Source: an uncultured Planctomycetia bacterium
GTDB taxonomy: Bacteria; Omnitrophota; Gorgyraeia; JABMRG01
Reading direction: 5' to 3'
DNA length: 64,000 nucleotides
Assembly: GCA_964634945.1 (NCBI GenBank)
Contig: CAZWMG010000007.1
Coordinates: 3,488-67,487 of the forward strand
Part shown: one piece after another, positions 62,065-64,000 of the stretch
Numbering within the stretch: position 1 is the stretch's first letter
Layout of the letters: every line of letters begins with the position of its first letter
Program-made: the position numbers and the translations under genes
Notes under the pieces: generated by a model
Told to the model about the DNA's origin: nothing
The model's input: the letters and a program-made list of their open reading frames with translations, nothing else
Database searches by the model: none

Positions 62065-63245
62065 TTCGCGATTACCTCTGATAATATCTTTACAGCCTTA
62101 TTTATCTCAGATTTTTTTACGGTAATAGAAGGCATGATCCTTAATATATTTGCCTGCGTGCAATTAATAAGTAACCCCTTTTCAAAACACCTATCTACGA
62201 TATCCTTGCCTTCTACATCAAGCTCAATACCTATCATAAGCGCTTTATGTTTTATATTATTTATTATATTAGGATGCCTTCTCTTAAGCCTGTTAAGCTG
62301 TTTAAGAAAATAATCCCCCATCCTATTCGCGTTTTCAAGCAACCTATCCTTTTCAATGGCGTCGAGTACCGCGTTTGCCGCAGCAGATACTATAGGGCTT
62401 CCACCGAACGTAGAGGCATGCATTCCGGGTTTTAAACAGTCGACAAATTTGTCCGCTACCACCATAGCGCCAATCGGAAGGCCGCCGCCTAAACTCTTTG
62501 CCAAAGTCATAACGTCAGGCAGAATATCGTAATGCTGATACGCGAAGAGTTTACCGGATCTGCCCATACCGCTCTGTACCTCATCAAATATCAGCAGCAG
62601 ATCCTTAGCATTGCATAAGGTTCTAAGCTCTTTCATATAATCACTATCCGCGATGTTTATACCGCCTTCACCTTGAATAGGTTCGATCATCACCGCGACT
62701 GTAATATCGTCAATAGCTTCCTTAATAGCGCTAATATCATTAAACGGCACGTGCTCAAAACCTTCCGGTAAAGGCGCAAAACCTTTCTTGACCTTATCCT
62801 GGCCCGTTGCAGTAAGTGTAGCCAGGGTTCTTCCATGGAAGGATTTATCCATTGTTATTATCTTATATCTTCCTTCCTCAGAACCATAGGCACGTGCGAG
62901 TTTTATCGCAGCCTCATTTGCCTCCGCGCCGGAGTTAGAGAAAAATACTCTGCCGCCAAATGAGCTTTTTGATAACCTTTCCGCAAGCTGTGCCTGCGGT
63001 TTGCTATAATAATTATTTGATACATGGATAATATCTTTCAACTGTCTGTTAACGGCGTTTACGACTCTTTTGTGGCAATGGCCAAGCCCGCTTACAGCCC
63101 ACCCCGGAAAGAAATCCAGGTACCTTTTTCCATCTTCATCCCATAGATACGAACCCTTGCCTTTTACAAAAACTACCGGGGTTCGTGTATATGTATTTAG
63201 TACATATGTATTGCAAAGATTAATCGCTGTCTGTGTATCTCCCAT
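62061..63245 (-). CDS. argD: Acetylornithine aminotransferase ArgD
   Basis: Class III aminotransferase (DEVQSGMGRSGKLFA, MTLAKSLGGGLP). Confidence 0.85.
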   Translation of the reverse strand: MGDTQTAINLCNTYVLNTYTRTPVVFVKGKGSYLWDEDGKRYLDFFPGWAVSGLGHCHKRVVNAVNRQLKDIIHVSNNYYSKPQAQLAERLSKSSFGGRVFFSNSGAEANEAAIKLARAYGSEEGRYKIITMDKSFHGRTLATLTATGQDKVKKGFAPLPEGFEHVPFNDISAIKEAIDDITVAVMIEPIQGEGGINIADSDYMKELRTLCNAKDLLLIFDEVQSGMGRSGKLFAYQHYDILPDVMTLAKSLGGGLPIGAMVVADKFVDCLKPGMHASTFGGSPIVSAAANAVLDAIEKDRLLENANRMGDYFLKQLNRLKRRHPNIINNIKHKALMIGIELDVEGKDIVDRCFEKGLLINCTQANILRIMPSITVKKSEINKAVKILSEVIAK

Positions 63246-63252
63246 AATTAAC

Positions 63253-64000
63253 CTACCTCACAATCTCGGTTCCGATGCCTTCGTTAGTAAAAACCTCTAA
63301 TAAAAGCGAATGCGCTATCTTCCCGCTTATAATATGAACCTTTTTTACGCCATTGTCCAGGGCCCGTATGCCTGCTCTTACCTTTGGTATCATGCCGCCT
63401 TCTATAACCTGACTTTTAATCAGATCGAACGTATCTTCCTCATTAATATGAGAGATAAGGCTCTCCTGATCGTCCTTATCCTTCATCACGCCTTTTACAT
63501 TTGTTAATAATATCAATTTTTCCGCTGAAAGTACCGACGCTATCTCTGCGGCGGCAACATCAGCGTTTATGTTATAAGGCTTACTATCACTGCCGCAACC
63601 TACGGGTGATACAACCGGGATAGCCTTATTAAATAAGGCTTCATCTATATATTTGGTAATTATTGAATCTATATCACCTAAAAAATTCTCCGCAACAGTA
63701 TCTGTTTTTTTTCTAGCCTTGATCGTAAGGCTCTTGCTGCTTACTATGGACTCTGCCGGAACGCCTCTAGAGTTTATCCTTGCGACAAAACTTTCATTAA
63801 CGGATGTAAGCGCGTCATCTACAATTTCAGCGGTCTCTCTATCTGTAATTCTTAAACCATCTATAAATCTCGGCTCCTTGCCTCTGGTCTTCATCAATCT
63901 ACTTATCGCGGCGCCGCCGCCATGGATAAAGACTATCTTTATGTCGTTATTATGAAAAGAGACGATGTCATCAAGAACAGAATCAGAGAGCAGCTTGTCA
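63253..64000 (-). CDS. argB: Acetylglutamate kinase ArgB, partial. The 5-prime end runs past the window edge.
   Basis: Reverse-complement translation continues upstream of the track ORF as ...IKIVFIHGGGAAISRLMKTRGKEPRFIDGLRITD..., the VHGGGP-type motif of the amino-acid kinase family. Confidence 0.8.
   Translation of the reverse strand, partial: DKLLSDSVLDDIVSFHNNDIKIVFIHGGGAAISRLMKTRGKEPRFIDGLRITDRETAEIVDDALTSVNESFVARINSRGVPAESIVSSKSLTIKARKKTDTVAENFLGDIDSIITKYIDEALFNKAIPVVSPVGCGSDSKPYNINADVAAAEIASVLSAEKLILLTNVKGVMKDKDDQESLISHINEEDTFDLIKSQVIEGGMIPKVRAGIRALDNGVKKVHIISGKIAHSLLLEVFTNEGIGTEIVR

Noticed and set aside
1-64000. CRISPR arrays, rRNA genes, prophage or integrase genes
   Set aside because: No regularly spaced direct repeats with unique spacers, no rRNA-like conserved stretches, and no integrase, transposase or phage structural ORFs were found. 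The tandem repeats present are 7-15 nt periodic arrays, not CRISPR.

Overview
This 64-kb window comes from a low-GC (roughly 40%) bacterial chromosome. Every confidently called gene except one (34050..36290) lies on the minus strand.

Genes, reading from the window start:
- Partial tsaD, then a yibQ-like gene, ctpA and gatC-gatA-gatB.
- The conserved surA-pdxA-rsmA block plus a second parvulin-type PPIase.
- A compact mfd, argS, a disrupted rsfS and a small DUF5679 zinc-ribbon gene with a clean sigma70 promoter.
- A complete type II secretion locus, split as gspE-gspF-[LacI regulator]-gspG/H/I/J/K/L/M, then merR-like-exeA-exeB-gspD. The secretin carries a C-terminal TonB_C-like extension.
- A MiaB-family methylthiotransferase and a sodium:solute symporter.
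- tRNA-Arg(CCG) with its 3-prime end duplicated about 145 bp away, followed by a Doc toxin / HTH antitoxin pair with GTAAAC operator repeats.
- rsmE, a DsbD/CcdA-like membrane protein and a fused multi-TM/spermidine-synthase-like protein.
- An AmmeMemoRadiSam system (Memo and AMMECR1 fused, plus the radical SAM partner).
- A transglycosylase-like secreted protein, cutA, a DUF2582 wHTH protein, a zinc-ribbon membrane protein, tonB-like-exbD-exbB and a large TPR protein.
- uvrA, two extremely lysine-rich small proteins, nadX-nadA, panC-panD and folK.
- A lysine biosynthesis cluster (dapL-dapB-dapA-dapF-lysA) and arginine biosynthesis genes argH-argG-argF-argD-argB (argB partial).

Non-coding structure:
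- A three-copy MITE-like element of about 145-165 bp with 12-27 bp terminal inverted repeats.
- A second intergenic family of two GC-clamped hairpins (two full copies and one inverted partial copy).
- Scattered CCTGCC..GGCAGG palindromes and a 41-nt perfect palindrome in front of gspE.
- Heptanucleotide tandem arrays at the panC/panD and lysA/dapF junctions.

No CRISPR array, rRNA or obvious prophage was seen. All calls rest on reading the sequence and the ORF translations; nothing was searched against databases.
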